From: an uncultured Chloroflexia bacterium
Lineage (GTDB): Bacteria; Chloroflexota; Limnocylindria; Limnocylindrales; CSP1-4
Length of the DNA: 64,000 bases
Assembly: GCA_963849405.1 (NCBI GenBank)
Contig: CAWKHG010000004.1
Coordinates: forward strand, 37,094 to 101,093
Direction: 5' to 3'
A model generated the notes under the pieces. It made no database searches, was not told the DNA's origin, and worked only from the letters and a program-made list of their open reading frames with translations. The position numbers and the translations under genes were made by a program. Each line of letters starts with the position of its first letter. Within the stretch, counting starts at the first letter, position 1. Below, piece after piece: positions 41,208 through 52,544 of the stretch.

Positions 41208-42377
41208 GTGGCACCCGTCCCGACCGCCGAGCGAGCGACCTCGAGCACCCTCTACTTCGGGCCGTGGTACCGGCGCTCCCCGTTCTTCGAGAAGACCCTC
41301 GAGGCCGGCTGCAGCGCCTACGACATCTACAACCACATGTACCTGCCGGGCTACTACGCGGACCCGGTCGAGGAGTACTGGCACCTCCTGAACGCCGTGA
41401 CGGTGTGGGACGTCTCGGTCGAGCGGATCGTCGAGATCACCGGGCCGGACGCCAGCGCCTTCGTCAACACGCTGACCTGTCGCGACCTGACCAAGTGCGC
41501 CGTCGGCCAGGGCAAGTACGTCCTCATCACGGCCGAGGACGGCGGCATCGTCAACGACCCCGTCCTCCTGCGGGTCGAAGAGAACCGCTGGTGGCTCGCC
41601 CTCGCCGATAGCGACGCCGGGCTGTGGGCCCGCGGCGTGGCCATCCACTCCGGGATGGACGTCAAGGTCCGGGAGCCGGAGATCTACCCCATCCAGGTCC
41701 AGGGCCCCAAGTCGAAGGACGTCATGCAGACGCTCTTCGGCGACGCCGTCCTCGACATCAAGTACTACTGGACGCTCACGACGGACCTCGACGGGATCCC
41801 GGTCGTCATCAGCCGCACCGGCTGGACGGGCGAGGTGGGCTACGAGATCTACCTCCAGGACCCGTCCCGCGGCGGCGAGCTGTGGGACCGGGTGATGGCG
41901 GCGGGCAAGCCCCACGACATCCGGGCCATCGCGCCGTGCGAGGCGCGCCGCATCGAGGCCGGCATCTTCAACTACAACTCGGACATGACGATCGCCAACA
42001 ACCCGTTCGAGATCATGGGCCTCGAGCGCCTCGTCGAGCCGCAGGCCGCCGACTACATCGGCAAGGCGGCCCTCGAGGAGATCCGGGTCAAGGGCGTCAG
42101 CCGGAAGCTCGTCGGCATCGAGGTCGAGGGCGACGCGCTCTCCTTCGAGATCGCCGAGAAGCGCCCGGCCCTGCACCAGGGCGAGAAGGTCGGCCACATC
42201 ACCGACCTCATCTGGTCGCCCCGGCTCGAGAAGAACATCGGCTACGTCTGGGTCCCGATCGAGCTCTCCGCGCCGGGCATCCCGCTCGAGATCGAGAACC
42301 CGGACGGGTCGCGCTGGGCGGCCCGGACCGCGGCGATCCCGTTCCTCGACGCGAAGAAGGACATCCCCAAGGCATGA
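41208..42377 (+). CDS. GcvT-family aminomethyltransferase / THF-dependent demethylase (DmdA-like)
   Basis: RRSPFF; YNHMYLP; VWDVSVER; GQGKY; NDPVLLR; QVQGP; SRTGWTGEVGYEI; RRIEAG. Confidence 0.9.
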   Translation: MAPVPTAERATSSTLYFGPWYRRSPFFEKTLEAGCSAYDIYNHMYLPGYYADPVEEYWHLLNAVTVWDVSVERIVEITGPDASAFVNTLTCRDLTKCAVGQGKYVLITAEDGGIVNDPVLLRVEENRWWLALADSDAGLWARGVAIHSGMDVKVREPEIYPIQVQGPKSKDVMQTLFGDAVLDIKYYWTLTTDLDGIPVVISRTGWTGEVGYEIYLQDPSRGGELWDRVMAAGKPHDIRAIAPCEARRIEAGIFNYNSDMTIANNPFEIMGLERLVEPQAADYIGKAALEEIRVKGVSRKLVGIEVEGDALSFEIAEKRPALHQGEKVGHITDLIWSPRLEKNIGYVWVPIELSAPGIPLEIENPDGSRWAARTAAIPFLDAKKDIPKA

Positions 42378-43666
42378 CGACCTCGCCAGGACTGCTCACC
42401 GACGCCGAGATCGCGGCCGTCCGCCGGCCGTACCGGGCCGCGCGCCTCCTGCCCGGCCGGGCGTACCACGACCCGGCGTTCTACGCGTTCGAGCGGGAGC
42501 GGTTCTTCGGTCGCGACTGGCAGGTCGTCGGGCGCGACGAGGACGTGCCGGCTCCCGGCTCGTACATCCTGGCCGCGATCGACGACGAGCCGCTGATCGT
42601 CGTGCGCGGCCGCGACGGCATCGTCCGCGCCTTCTACAACGTCTGCCAGCATCGCGGCACGGCCGTCGCCGAGGAGCCCTGCGGCACGGTCGTCCGCCTC
42701 CAGTGCCCGTACCACGCCTGGATCTACGACCTCGAGGGCAACCTCGTGCGGGCCAAGCACACGGACGATCTCGCCGAGTTCGACTTCGGCTCGTACGGGC
42801 TGCGGCCGGTCCGCCTCGCGTCGTGGGGCGGCTTCCTGTTCGCGACGCTGGCCGAGGAGGGGCCGTCGCTCGAGGAGCAGCTGGGCGACCTCGTCGACCA
42901 CTTCGCCCGGTTCGACCTCGCCTCCCTGCGCTCGGCGCGCACGGCGACGTACGAGGTCGATTCGAACTGGAAGTTCATCGCCGAGAACTACAGCGAGTGC
43001 TACCACTGCCCGGGCATCCACCCCCAGCTGAACCGGCTCACGCCGTACGACCTGGGCGGCGACTTCAACACGAACGGCGAGTGGCAGGGCGGCTGGATGG
43101 AGCTCGTCGGCGACGCCGAGACCATGGCCCTCGAAGGAGGCCATCGCGACGGCCGGCCGCCGATGCGCGGGGCCACGGAGCTCGACGAGCGGCGGATCGT
43201 GTACTACCTCGTCTGGCCGAACCTGTTCCTGTCCCTCCACCCGGACTACGTGCTCGTCCACAAGCTCACCCCGGCGGGCCCGGACCACACCCGGATCGAG
43301 TGCTGGTGGCTCTTCGAGCCCGAGACGATCGCCCGCGAGGACTTCGACCCGACCGACGCGGTGGACTTCTGGGACCTCACCAACCGCCAGGACTGGCACG
43401 TCTGCGAGCTCCAGCAGCGCGGAACGAAGTCGCGCTCGTGGGTGTCGGGGCGCTACTCGAACATCGAGCCGTCGGTCCACGCGTTCGACCTCATGGTGGT
43501 CGACCGCTACGCCGATGACGGGATCACGTCGGCCCGGACCGTCCGCCACCGCTACGACGTGCCGCCGGAGGATTTCCCGGGCGGCGAGCCCCGGGCGGCA
43601 GACGCCCCGGTCGCGGCCCCCGCCTCGCGCCGCGCCGCCGCCCGATCGGTCGCGACCCGCGGCTGA
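42374..43666 (+). CDS. Rieske non-heme iron oxygenase alpha subunit (choline monooxygenase/GbcA-like)
   Basis: NVCQHRG...CPYHAW; NWKFIAENYSECYHCPGIHP; QDWHVCE; ATGA-coupled to the GcvT-like gene. Confidence 0.92.
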   Translation: MTTSPGLLTDAEIAAVRRPYRAARLLPGRAYHDPAFYAFERERFFGRDWQVVGRDEDVPAPGSYILAAIDDEPLIVVRGRDGIVRAFYNVCQHRGTAVAEEPCGTVVRLQCPYHAWIYDLEGNLVRAKHTDDLAEFDFGSYGLRPVRLASWGGFLFATLAEEGPSLEEQLGDLVDHFARFDLASLRSARTATYEVDSNWKFIAENYSECYHCPGIHPQLNRLTPYDLGGDFNTNGEWQGGWMELVGDAETMALEGGHRDGRPPMRGATELDERRIVYYLVWPNLFLSLHPDYVLVHKLTPAGPDHTRIECWWLFEPETIAREDFDPTDAVDFWDLTNRQDWHVCELQQRGTKSRSWVSGRYSNIEPSVHAFDLMVVDRYADDGITSARTVRHRYDVPPEDFPGGEPRAADAPVAAPASRRAAARSVATRG

Positions 43667-43690
43667 CGAGCGGCTGAGGCCGCCCGCGCC

Positions 43691-46600
43691 CTAAGCGGTC
43701 GAGTCCGCCGTCTGCATCGAGCGCACGCGCTCGGCGTGCGGCGTCGCGCCCAGTCGCTCGAACGTCGCCAGCGCCTCGGCGAGCAGAGCGTTCCGGTGCG
43801 CCGGATCGAGATCCGCCAGCATCTCCCGGGTGCGGGCGGCCTCGAACGGGGACAGCTTGTCGAACGCCTCGACTGCCAGCGACACCAACGCCCGCCCGCC
43901 ATCGTCGTCCCCGGCCGCGGCCAGCAGCAGGCCCTCGGCCCGATCGGCCGCAGGACCGGCCAGGGCCAGTTCCCCGGCCCGTTCGCGCAGGCCAGGCAGG
44001 AAATTTCGGAGCTCCGCCCAGTCCTGCTGGGCGATCAGGGCGTCGAGGAGGGCGACGAGCTCCACGGGCGGCTCCTCCGCGAAGTTGCGGCCGCCGGTCG
44101 AGAGGACGTGCTCGGCGATCGACCGGCCCGTGTCCGGATCGCCCAGGGCGTTGGCGAGCATCGCCTGGTAGCCCTCGACGACGCCGATCGGAGCTTCGCT
44201 CTTCGGCATCATGCCTGCCACCTCCCGGGCCCGTTCAGCATCACCCCGGTGAGCGGATACCAGCGCGCCGACCTGGAACGCGCCGAGTGCGAAGGGACAG
44301 GTCGTGCCGGCGCTGTCGGTCTTGAACGTCCGGATGTGCTCGTCGAGGTAGACCAGGACTTCATCCCACGAACCGATCAGGAACAGGGCACTCATGAGGG
44401 TGGCCGTGGAATGGCACAGGTCATGGACGCGAAGCTCGCGGCCCACGACGAGCGAGTCCCGCAGCTTCGGCAGGACGGAAGCCGGCTCGCCGCCGGTCCA
44501 CATGAGGGTTTGAGCCGCCTCGGTCACGGCCAGGTGCCGCTCGCGTGGGTCGCCGACCCGGTCGACCTGTTCGAGGAGCTGGTGGGTGAGCTCCAGGCTC
44601 CGCTCGATCTGGCCGTAGGCCAGGAGGAGAGCGCCGATCGCGCGCAGCGCGGTCGACTCGAGGGACGCATCGCCGATCCGGCGAGCGCTCGCGAGGCCCT
44701 CCTCCGCGGCCCGGACGCGTTCCTCGAGCGGCACGGGGTCCGGCCGATGGAATGCGACCCAGCGCAGGCCGGTCGCCGCCCTGATCGCGAGGAGCCACGC
44801 TTTGGTGGCCTCATCGCCTTCGACCGAGAGGCCCAGGTCGACGTACTCGTCGATGACCGCCGGGTCCATCGGCACGCTGAAGCCGCCCCAGCGGACGGCT
44901 CCGATCCGAGTGATCTTCATGGTCACCCGGGCGATACCTTCGTCGCCGTCCGGCAGCGTCCGGTACAGGGCGATGGCCTGGTCCCAGGGCGCCATCGCCC
45001 GATCGTTGTCGTACGCAGCGTCGTAGTCGTCGCCGAGCTCCTCGAGAGCCGCTGGCGCGCTCGGCATCGTTCGTCGCCAGGTCGATCGCCCGCTGGTGCA
45101 GCTCGAGGGCTCGCTCGGTCGACGATCGCCGGCGCGCGACGGCCCCGCCGACGAGGAACGCGGCCCGGGCCCGTGCGCGCACCTCGTCGAGCTCCGCTGA
45201 GCCGATCGGCCAGGCGAGGTCGGAGCCCTCCCCGAGGGCGGCCACATAGTGGGAGGCCACGAGCTCGGCGAGCTCGTCGGGCCGATCAGGGCTGATGCCG
45301 GCCAGCCACTCGCCGACCGCGGCGTGGGCCCGGGCCCGGCGGGCGATCGAGAGGCCGGCGTAGGCGACGTCACGGATCAGGGCGTGCTTGAACGCGTACT
45401 CGACCTGGCCCGCGATGCTCGAGGTCGGCCGCATCGAGACGAGCCCGCGGCGTTCGAGCGCGACCATCGGCCCGCCGACCTCGGCGGAGCCAACGGCGAC
45501 CGCGACCGGCTGGTCCCAGAAGATCCGGCCGACGACGGCCGCCTCGCGGAGGACCCGCCGTTCGCCGTCCGGTAGCGCGTCGATGCGTGCCGCCAGGAGC
45601 CCGTGGATCGTGTCCGGGATGATCAGCTCGGCGGCGTCACCGCTCGACGACCAGTGGCCATCGCTCCGCGCCACCGTGCCGGCCTCGATCAGGCGGTGGA
45701 CGATCTCCTCGACGAACAGCGGATTGCCCTCGGCCGTCTCGAGGATCCGGTCCTGCAGCGCGGCCGACAGCTCGTGCGCCGGCAGCAGGTCCGCCAGCAG
45801 GCTCCGGCTCTGGTCCATCGTCAGCGGGCGCAGCGCGATGACCGTCGCATCGCCGCCGCTCACCGCGAACGTCGGGTGGGTCTCGGCGAACTCCGGTCGG
45901 GCGGTCGCGATCAGGAGGATCGGTCCGGTCGCCCGGGCGAGCACACGCTCGAGGATCTCGACCACCTGCTCGCTCGCCCAGTGGAGGTCCTCGATGACGA
46001 CGACCACCGGGCGGTGCGTCGTGAGCGCCGCGATGAACTGCGGCCAGCGCCGGTTGAGCTCCGTGACCACCGCGACGGGACGGGCCTGGTCCAGCGGGTT
46101 GCCGGGCATCGAGATCCCCGCCGTCGTCGCCAGCGCGAACATGGATCGCCTCGCGATCGGCGTCCGGCAACCCGGCCGGCCCCACGAGATCGGCGATCCC
46201 GGCACGCAGGTGCTCCTGGGCGGTGGTCGCGCTGCTGTCGAGCGAGATGGCGCAGGCCGATCGGACGATCTCGGCAAGCGGCCAGAACGTGATCCCGTTC
46301 CCCGCGGCGGGGCAGCGACCGCGGAGGAGGAACAGGTCCGGACGCCCCGACGCGGCCGCCGCGACGGCCTCGCGCACGAGGCGGCTCTTGCCGATCCCCG
46401 CCGGGCCGTACACGACGGCCAGCCTGGGCGAGCCGGTCTCGATGGCGTCGTCGAGCAACCCGGCCACCACGGCCAGCTCCCGCTCCCGACCCGACGACGC
46501 CGGCCCGGATGTCGCGCTCGGGCCCAGCCTCGATGGCGCCCGCGATGCCGCCGACCAGGGGGTGGGCCGTCACGTCGGCGGCCTTGCCCTTGAGCGCGAG

Positions 46601-47269
46601 CGCCACCGGGTCCCCGAACCGGAACAGCGAACGCGTGGCCTGGTACGTCCGGTCGCCGACGAGGACCTGGTTCGGGGCGGCCGCGGTCTGGAGCCGCGCG
46701 GCGACGTTGATCGCGTCGCCCGTGACCATCGGCTTGTCCGGATGGATCTCGCTGGGAGCGACGACCTCGCCCGTGTTGACGCCGACGCGGATGGCCAGGG
46801 CGACCCCGTGACGCGCCTCGATGTCTCGGGCGAGGTCCGTGAATCGGTCGACGATCTCGGCCGCGGCGCTGACGGCCCGGGCGGCGTCGTCCTCGCGGAC
46901 GCGGGGGACGCCGAAGAGCGCCACCGCGGCGTCGCCGATGTACTTCTCGACACTGCCGCCCCAGGCGGCCGTCGTGGTCGCCACCAGCCCGAAGTAGTCC
47001 TGGAGGATCGCCCGGACGCGTTCGGGGTCGAAGCGCTCGCCGAGCGCGGTGGACTCGGCGAGGTCGACGAACACGGCGGTGGCGACCTTGCGTTCCTCGG
47101 GCGCCGCCTCGGCCGCGACCGGCCGTCCGCACGACGGACAGAAGCGGGCACCGGCGGGGATGTCGGCCCCGCAGGTCGCGCAGCGCGCGCCGAGCCCACT
47201 GCCGCAGCGGACGCAGAACCGTGCCTCGGCCGCATTCTGCGTCCCACAGGACGCGCACGGGACGCTCAT
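43691..47269 (-). CDS. Double zinc ribbon / class III nucleotide cyclase / AAA ATPase / TPR-like protein (frameshifted)
   Basis: CASCG..FCVRCG..CATCG..FCPSCG; FVDLAEST, KYIGDA, RVGVNTG, GDAINVAARL; GPAGIGKS; IEDLHWA; EGNPLF; FKHALIRDVAY. Confidence 0.9.
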
Positions 47270-47344
47270 GGCGGGAGTGTACGCGGGACGCGCGGCGCCT
47301 CGGTCGGCGGTGCCCTGGCCGGCGTCCAGGCGCTACGGCCTGCC

Positions 47345-47674
47345 TCAGCCGCGCATGTTGTCGATGAGCGCCTTCTTCATCTCGTGCGCGTCGGACATGA
47401 TCTTCGAGTACATCTCGAACATCCGGTTGTACTTCGCCAGGTCACGCTGGTAGTTCATGAGCGTGGCCTCGTCGGCGTCCGGCGAAGGAGGTTCCGGGGC
47501 GACTGGCATCTCGGGCATCGGCTCGTCCACGGTCTCGATCGGGGAGGTGATCCCCGGCAGGCCGTCCGTCTCGTACATGCTGAACGGACGCGGCTCCCCC
47601 GGAGCGACCACCGGGTCGCGCTGGATCGAGTCCGGGATCCCGTTGTCGTCGATGTCGCCGTCGTCTTCGAACAC
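47345..47674 (-). CDS. Small acidic protein with a C-terminal helix resembling T3SS needle subunits (SctF-like)
   Basis: GGGAGG RBS; C-terminus LMNYQRDLAKYNRMFEMYSKIMSDAHEMKKALIDNMRG; N-terminal DIDDNGIPD. Confidence 0.7.
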   Translation of the reverse strand: MFEDDGDIDDNGIPDSIQRDPVVAPGEPRPFSMYETDGLPGITSPIETVDEPMPEMPVAPEPPSPDADEATLMNYQRDLAKYNRMFEMYSKIMSDAHEMKKALIDNMRG

Positions 47675-47697
47675 GGTCGGTGTCCTCCCTCGGTTGC

Positions 47698-47726
47698 TCT
47701 GACGCCCAGCCTAGTCCGGCGTTGCA
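47698..47726 (-). promoter_or_regulatory. Putative ECF promoter TGCAACG-N15-CGTCAGA
   Basis: Minus strand, upstream of the RBS of 47345-47674; same -10 word as at 3099 and 6575. Confidence 0.5.
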
Positions 47727-47761
47727 ACCCGCCGGGCCCCGCGCCCCGACCGCGGCCGCGA

Positions 47762-48622
47762 TCAGATCGCGGCCGGCTTCGCTTCCACGACGCCGGGCTC
47801 GTCCGCCCCGGCCGGCCCGAGGTCCTCGGCGACGACCCGCTTCTCCTCGCCGCTGAACGCCCCGAGCCGCCAGCCGATGAACAGCGCGAGCCCGACGACG
47901 GCCACGATGATCGACGAGATCGCGTTGATCTCCGGGGAGACCCCCAGCTTGACCGCGCTGTAGATGTAGACGGCAGCGTCGTGGAGTCGACGCCGACGTT
48001 GAACGAGGTCACGACGAGGTCGTCGAACGACAGCGCGAACGCGAGCATGGCCCCGGCCGCCACGGCCGGCGCGATGATCGGCAGGGTCACGTGCCAGAAC
48101 GCCCCGAACGCGCTCGCCCCGAGGTCGCGGGCGGCCTCCTCGAGCCGGGGGTCCATCCCGATCGCCCGCGCGCGCACGGTCACGGCCACGTACGAGATGC
48201 AGAACATGATGTGGGCGATGACGACCTGGAGGAACCCGCCGTCAGGTCGAAGAGCTCGGCGAAGAACACGAGCAGGCTGATGCCCATGAGGATCTCGGGG
48301 GTCACCATCGGCAGCAGCAGCAACGTCTCGGTGATGCCGCTGCCGCGGAACTTCAGGCGGGCGAGCCCGAGCCCGAGGAGCGAGCCGAGGACCGTCGCGC
48401 CGATCACCGCCACGAAGCCGACCTGGAGCGAGACACCAAGCGGGTCGAGGATCGCGGGTCGTCGAGGAGCTTCGGGTACCAGTCGAAGGTGAAGCCGGTC
48501 CACACGAAGTTCCGGCGCGACTGGTTGAAGCTGAACAGGATGAGGACGACGATCGGGGCGAACAGGAACGCGTAGATGAGGACCGCGAAGGCCGTCAGCC
48601 AGCGATTGCGCTCGCGCGTCAT
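47762..48622 (-). CDS. potC: Polyamine ABC transporter permease (frameshifted)
   Basis: FLFAPIVVLILFSFN; GFTFDWY; PEILMG; LEEAARDLGA; FALSFDD. Confidence 0.9.
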
Positions 48623-49509
48623 CCGCCCAGCGTCTCCTTCCTGACCCAGCGCAGGGCGGCCAGCGTGCCGCCCAGAGTCACGATCATCAGCAGGAACCCG
48701 AGCGCGGAGCCGTAGCCCCAGTCACGGCCGACCGTGAAGATCGTCTGGACGCTCTTGGCGATCGTCGAGGTGTCCGCCCCGCCGAGCAGGTCGGGGGTGA
48801 CGTAGTCGCCGATCGCCGGGATGAACGTGAGCAGGGCCCCGGCGATCACCCCGGGCATGGTCAGCGGCAGGGTGACGTGGATGAATGCCTCCCGGCCGCT
48901 CGAGTACAGGTCGCGGGCGGCCTGCACGAGATTCCGGTCGAGCCGGTCGATCGACACGTACAGGGGCAGGATCGTGAACGGCAGGAACCCGTAGGTCATG
49001 CCCAGGATCACCGCGAAGTCGGTGTTGAGCAGGAGGAGCGGATCGTCCGGGTTCCCGATGCCGACCGCCTGGAGGAGCGAGTTCAGGACGCCGTTGTCGC
49101 GCAGGATGATCATCCAGGCGTACGTGCGGATCAGGTAGCTCGTCCAGAACGGGAGCATGACCAGGATGAGCAGCAGCGCCTTGCGCTTCCCGCCGTACAT
49201 CGCGATCCAGTAGGCGATCGGATAGCCGATGGCCAGGGAGAGCACGGTCGTGATCGCCGCGTAGCGGACGCTCCGGAAGAGCTGCGGGATGAATGCGTCC
49301 TCGCCGAGCGCCCGGGCGTACTGGTCGAGGTTCGGGTTGACGAGCGTCGTGTGCCCCAGGTCATCGGGCTGGCCGATGCTGACGAGCAGGATCATGACCA
49401 GCGGCACGAGGAAGAAGACGGCCAGCCAGAGCACGCCGGGCGCGATGAAGACCAGGCCGCCGAGGCGGCTGCGGAGCGGCGCGCGGTAGGGCCGTGCGGA
49501 GCCGCTCAC
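48619..49509 (-). CDS. potB: Polyamine ABC transporter permease
   Basis: GYPIAY; LPFWTSYLIRTYAW; LPFTILPLY; AARDL; FIPAIGDYVTPDLLGG. Confidence 0.92.
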   Translation of the reverse strand: MSGSARPYRAPLRSRLGGLVFIAPGVLWLAVFFLVPLVMILLVSIGQPDDLGHTTLVNPNLDQYARALGEDAFIPQLFRSVRYAAITTVLSLAIGYPIAYWIAMYGGKRKALLLILVMLPFWTSYLIRTYAWMIILRDNGVLNSLLQAVGIGNPDDPLLLLNTDFAVILGMTYGFLPFTILPLYVSIDRLDRNLVQAARDLYSSGREAFIHVTLPLTMPGVIAGALLTFIPAIGDYVTPDLLGGADTSTIAKSVQTIFTVGRDWGYGSALGFLLMIVTLGGTLAALRWVRKETLGG

Positions 49510-49519
49510 GCGTGGCGGG

Positions 49520-50765
49520 TTACTTGACCGCGAGCCAGCGGTCGGTGAGCTTCTTGAGGTTGGTGCCCAGGTCGAGCAGCTCGGCGAGACCGTCGAGGAT
49601 GGCCTTGGAGGGGTTGACCGCCGGGTCGCCCAGGATGTCCGGGCTGATGTACTGCTGCGCGGCGGCGTTCGGACCCATGTAGCCGATCGCGTTCGAGTTC
49701 TCGGCGCTCACCTTGGCGTCCAGGTTGTAGTCGATCCACAGGTTGGCCGCGACCGGATGCGGTGCGCCGGACAGGACGACCATCGTGTCCGAGCCACGGA
49801 TCGCGCCCTCGGTCGGGATCGCGTACTTCGTCTTCGGCTTGTCGGAGATCATCTGGAAGTAGTCGCCCGACCAGGCGTGGGTGATCCAGGCCTGGCCGCT
49901 CGTCAGCTGCCCGATGTCGTCCGTGTTGTACGTGCGGACGAGGGGATGCTGGTCCTTGAGCATCTGGAACTCGGCGTCGAGATCGGCATCCGCCGTCGAG
50001 TTGACGTCCTTGCCCAGCCGGATCGCCGCGACCGCGAAGCACTCGCGCGGGTCGTCGAGCATGTTGATGTGGTTGTCGAAGCGCGGATCCCAGAGGGCCG
50101 ACCAGCTCGTGAGGTCGTCCTTGATCTTGTCCGGGTTCCAGGCGTAGCCGGTCGTCCACCACATGTAGGGGACCGAGTAGTCGTTGTTCGGGTCGTAGCC
50201 CGGATTCACCCACTCCGTCCCGAGATTGGCGATGTTGGGGACGAGGCCCTTGTTGATCTTCTGGACGACGCCCAGCTTCACCAGGGGCGGGACGTCCGGG
50301 CCGGTGATGTAGGAGATGTCATAGCCGCCGCCCTTGCCGTTGCTCTTGAGCTTGGCCAGCTGGGTGGGGTCGTCCGGGAACGTCGTGTACTTGACCTTGA
50401 TGCCGTACTTCTTCTCGAAGCCCTTCTGGATGTCCGGGCCGATGTAGTCGGCCCAGTTGTAGACGAAGAGCTCCTTCTCGGGCGTGGGGACCGGGGTCGG
50501 CGGCGGCCGACTCGGTGGCGATCGCGGTGCTCGGCGATGCGGTCGCGCCCGCCGAGGCGGTCGCGGCGGCTGTCCCCGTGGCGGCGGCGGATGCGCCGGG
50601 AGAGGCCGCCGCTCGGCAGGCCGCAAGGATCGGGGCCAGTGCGGCCGTCGCGCCGACCGCGGCGATCCGCTCGAGGAGCTGGCGGCGGGTGATCCGTCGC
50701 TCCGCCATGTAGCGGACGAGCTGCTTCTCGAGGTCGATCGACGAACCGTCGAATTCGTGGCTCAT
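49520..50765 (-). CDS. potD: Polyamine ABC transporter substrate-binding Tat lipoprotein (frameshifted)
   Basis: ITRRQLL Tat motif and LAAC lipobox; [10 protein letters not shown]; [11 protein letters not shown]; AWSGD; PTEGA. Confidence 0.9.
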
Positions 50766-50766
50766 G

Positions 50767-51883
50767 TCACTCCTCCATGCTCGCCGGTCGATCGCCGAGG
50801 ACGAGTGCCTCGGCGGGCGACCAGGAGAGCGCGACTCCCTGGTCCGGGATGAGCCGCGGCCCGGTCTTGGGGGAGAGGATCGTCATCCCCAGTCCTCCCC
50901 GGGTGCGGATCAGGTATTGGACGGCATTCCCCATGTAGGCGACCTGCTCCACCACCGCATCGATGTCCGGTGGGGATACGGGCCCGTCGCTTGCCCGGAT
51001 CGCGACGGCCTCCGGGCGCAGGCTGATATCCACGGCCTGGCCGGCCGCGCGACCGACGCCGCCGATGCGGCACTGATCGCCCGAGTCGAGCCGGACCGTC
51101 GCCGTGTCGGGACCGACCTCCTCGACGGTGCCGTGGAGGAGGTTCGTGGTGCCGATGAAGTCCGCCACGAACCGGGTCGACGGCCGGTCGTAGAGCTCCT
51201 CGGGCGTGCCGAGCTGCTCGACCTTGCCGCGGTTCATGACCGCGATCCGGTCGCTCATCGTGAGCGCCTCCTCCTGGTCGTGGGTCACGTACACGAACGT
51301 GATCCCGACCTCGGTCTGGATGCGCTTGAGCTCGATCTGGAGGCGCTTGCGGAGCTTGAGGTCCAGGGCGCCGAGGGGCTCGTCCAGGAGCAGCACGTTG
51401 GGCCGGTTGACGAGGGCGCGGGCGAGGGCGACCCGCTGCTGCTGGCCGCCCGAGAGCTGGTTCGGCTTGCGCTTCCCGTAGCCGGTCAGGTGGACGAGCT
51501 CGAGCGCCTCCTCGGTCCGCCGGCCGATCTCGTCCTTCGGCACGTGCTTGCGCTTCATGCCCGAACGCGATGTTGTTCGCCACGTCGAGGTGGGGGAACA
51601 GCGCGTAGTTCTGGAAGACCATGTTGACCGGCCGCTTGTCGGGCGGGTCGTACGTGACGTCGCGGCCCCGGAGCTCGACCCGGCCGCCCGTCGGCAGCTC
51701 GAAGCCGCCGATCATGCGCAGGGTCGTGGTCTTGCCACAGCCCGAGGGGCCTAGCAGGGAGAAGAACTCGCCCGCGCGGATATCGAGCGACACGTCATCG
51801 ACGGCACGCACGTCGCGGAAGTGCTTGGCCAGGTCGACGAGCCGGATCTCGGGCGGGGTGGGAGCTGGGGCACCTGCCGTCAT
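50767..51883 (-). CDS. potA: Polyamine ABC transporter ATP-binding protein (frameshifted)
   Basis: GPSGCGKTT; [10 protein letters not shown]; [15 protein letters not shown]; LLLDEP; [13 protein letters not shown]. Confidence 0.93.
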
Positions 51884-51982
51884 CGGTGCCGGGAGCCTAG
51901 TCGCTGGTCCGCCGCGGCCTTCATCGTCGTCCCACGATACGCAACGGCGCCGAGGCGTGCAGGCGAGCGTGCCGCCGCGGAC

Positions 51983-52534
51983 CTACCCGCGGCGGCGGCG
52001 GAGGTTGTGCGGGAAGGTCGGGCCGGGCGGGGGAGGGATGCGCATCCGGGCGTCGAGCGTGGTCGCCTTGCGCCGGGCGAGCTCCAGGCGGAGGCTCTCC
52101 TCGCCCTTGGCCATGGCCCAGCGGTGATTGGCCCCGAAGATCGGCTTCATGATGAACGAGAGCCGCTTCAGGACCCCCTTCTCGGCCGAGATCTTCCAGT
52201 CGTACGTCACGATGGTCTCGTCGCCGACCTGCTCGAACGTCCAGATCCCGCGCCCGAGGAAGTCGCCGATCGCCTCGAGCGAGAAGCCGTGCGGATGGCG
52301 GTTCTCGGTGACGCGGAAGCTCCAGCGCAGCGTGTACGGCAGCCAGCCCTTCGTGTACAGGCCGATGACCGCGCCCATGCCGCCCGGTTCGCCCGGCTCG
52401 AGCTGCTCGACCTCGAGGTAGACCGACGGCCACCAGCGCGCGAGGTCGGGGCCGTTGCCGAGGACCTCGCTGATCTCCTCCGGGGTCGAGGTCACGCGCC
52501 AGGTCGTGATGAAGTGGTAGTCGTTGGCGGCCAT
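51983..52534 (-). CDS. SRPBCC/polyketide cyclase family protein
   Basis: YHFITTW; LARWWP; LPYTL; GDFLGRGIWTF; YDW; NHRWAMAKGE. Confidence 0.82.
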   Translation of the reverse strand: MAANDYHFITTWRVTSTPEEISEVLGNGPDLARWWPSVYLEVEQLEPGEPGGMGAVIGLYTKGWLPYTLRWSFRVTENRHPHGFSLEAIGDFLGRGIWTFEQVGDETIVTYDWKISAEKGVLKRLSFIMKPIFGANHRWAMAKGEESLRLELARRKATTLDARMRIPPPPGPTFPHNLRRRRG

Positions 52535-52544
52535 GGCGTCCCCG

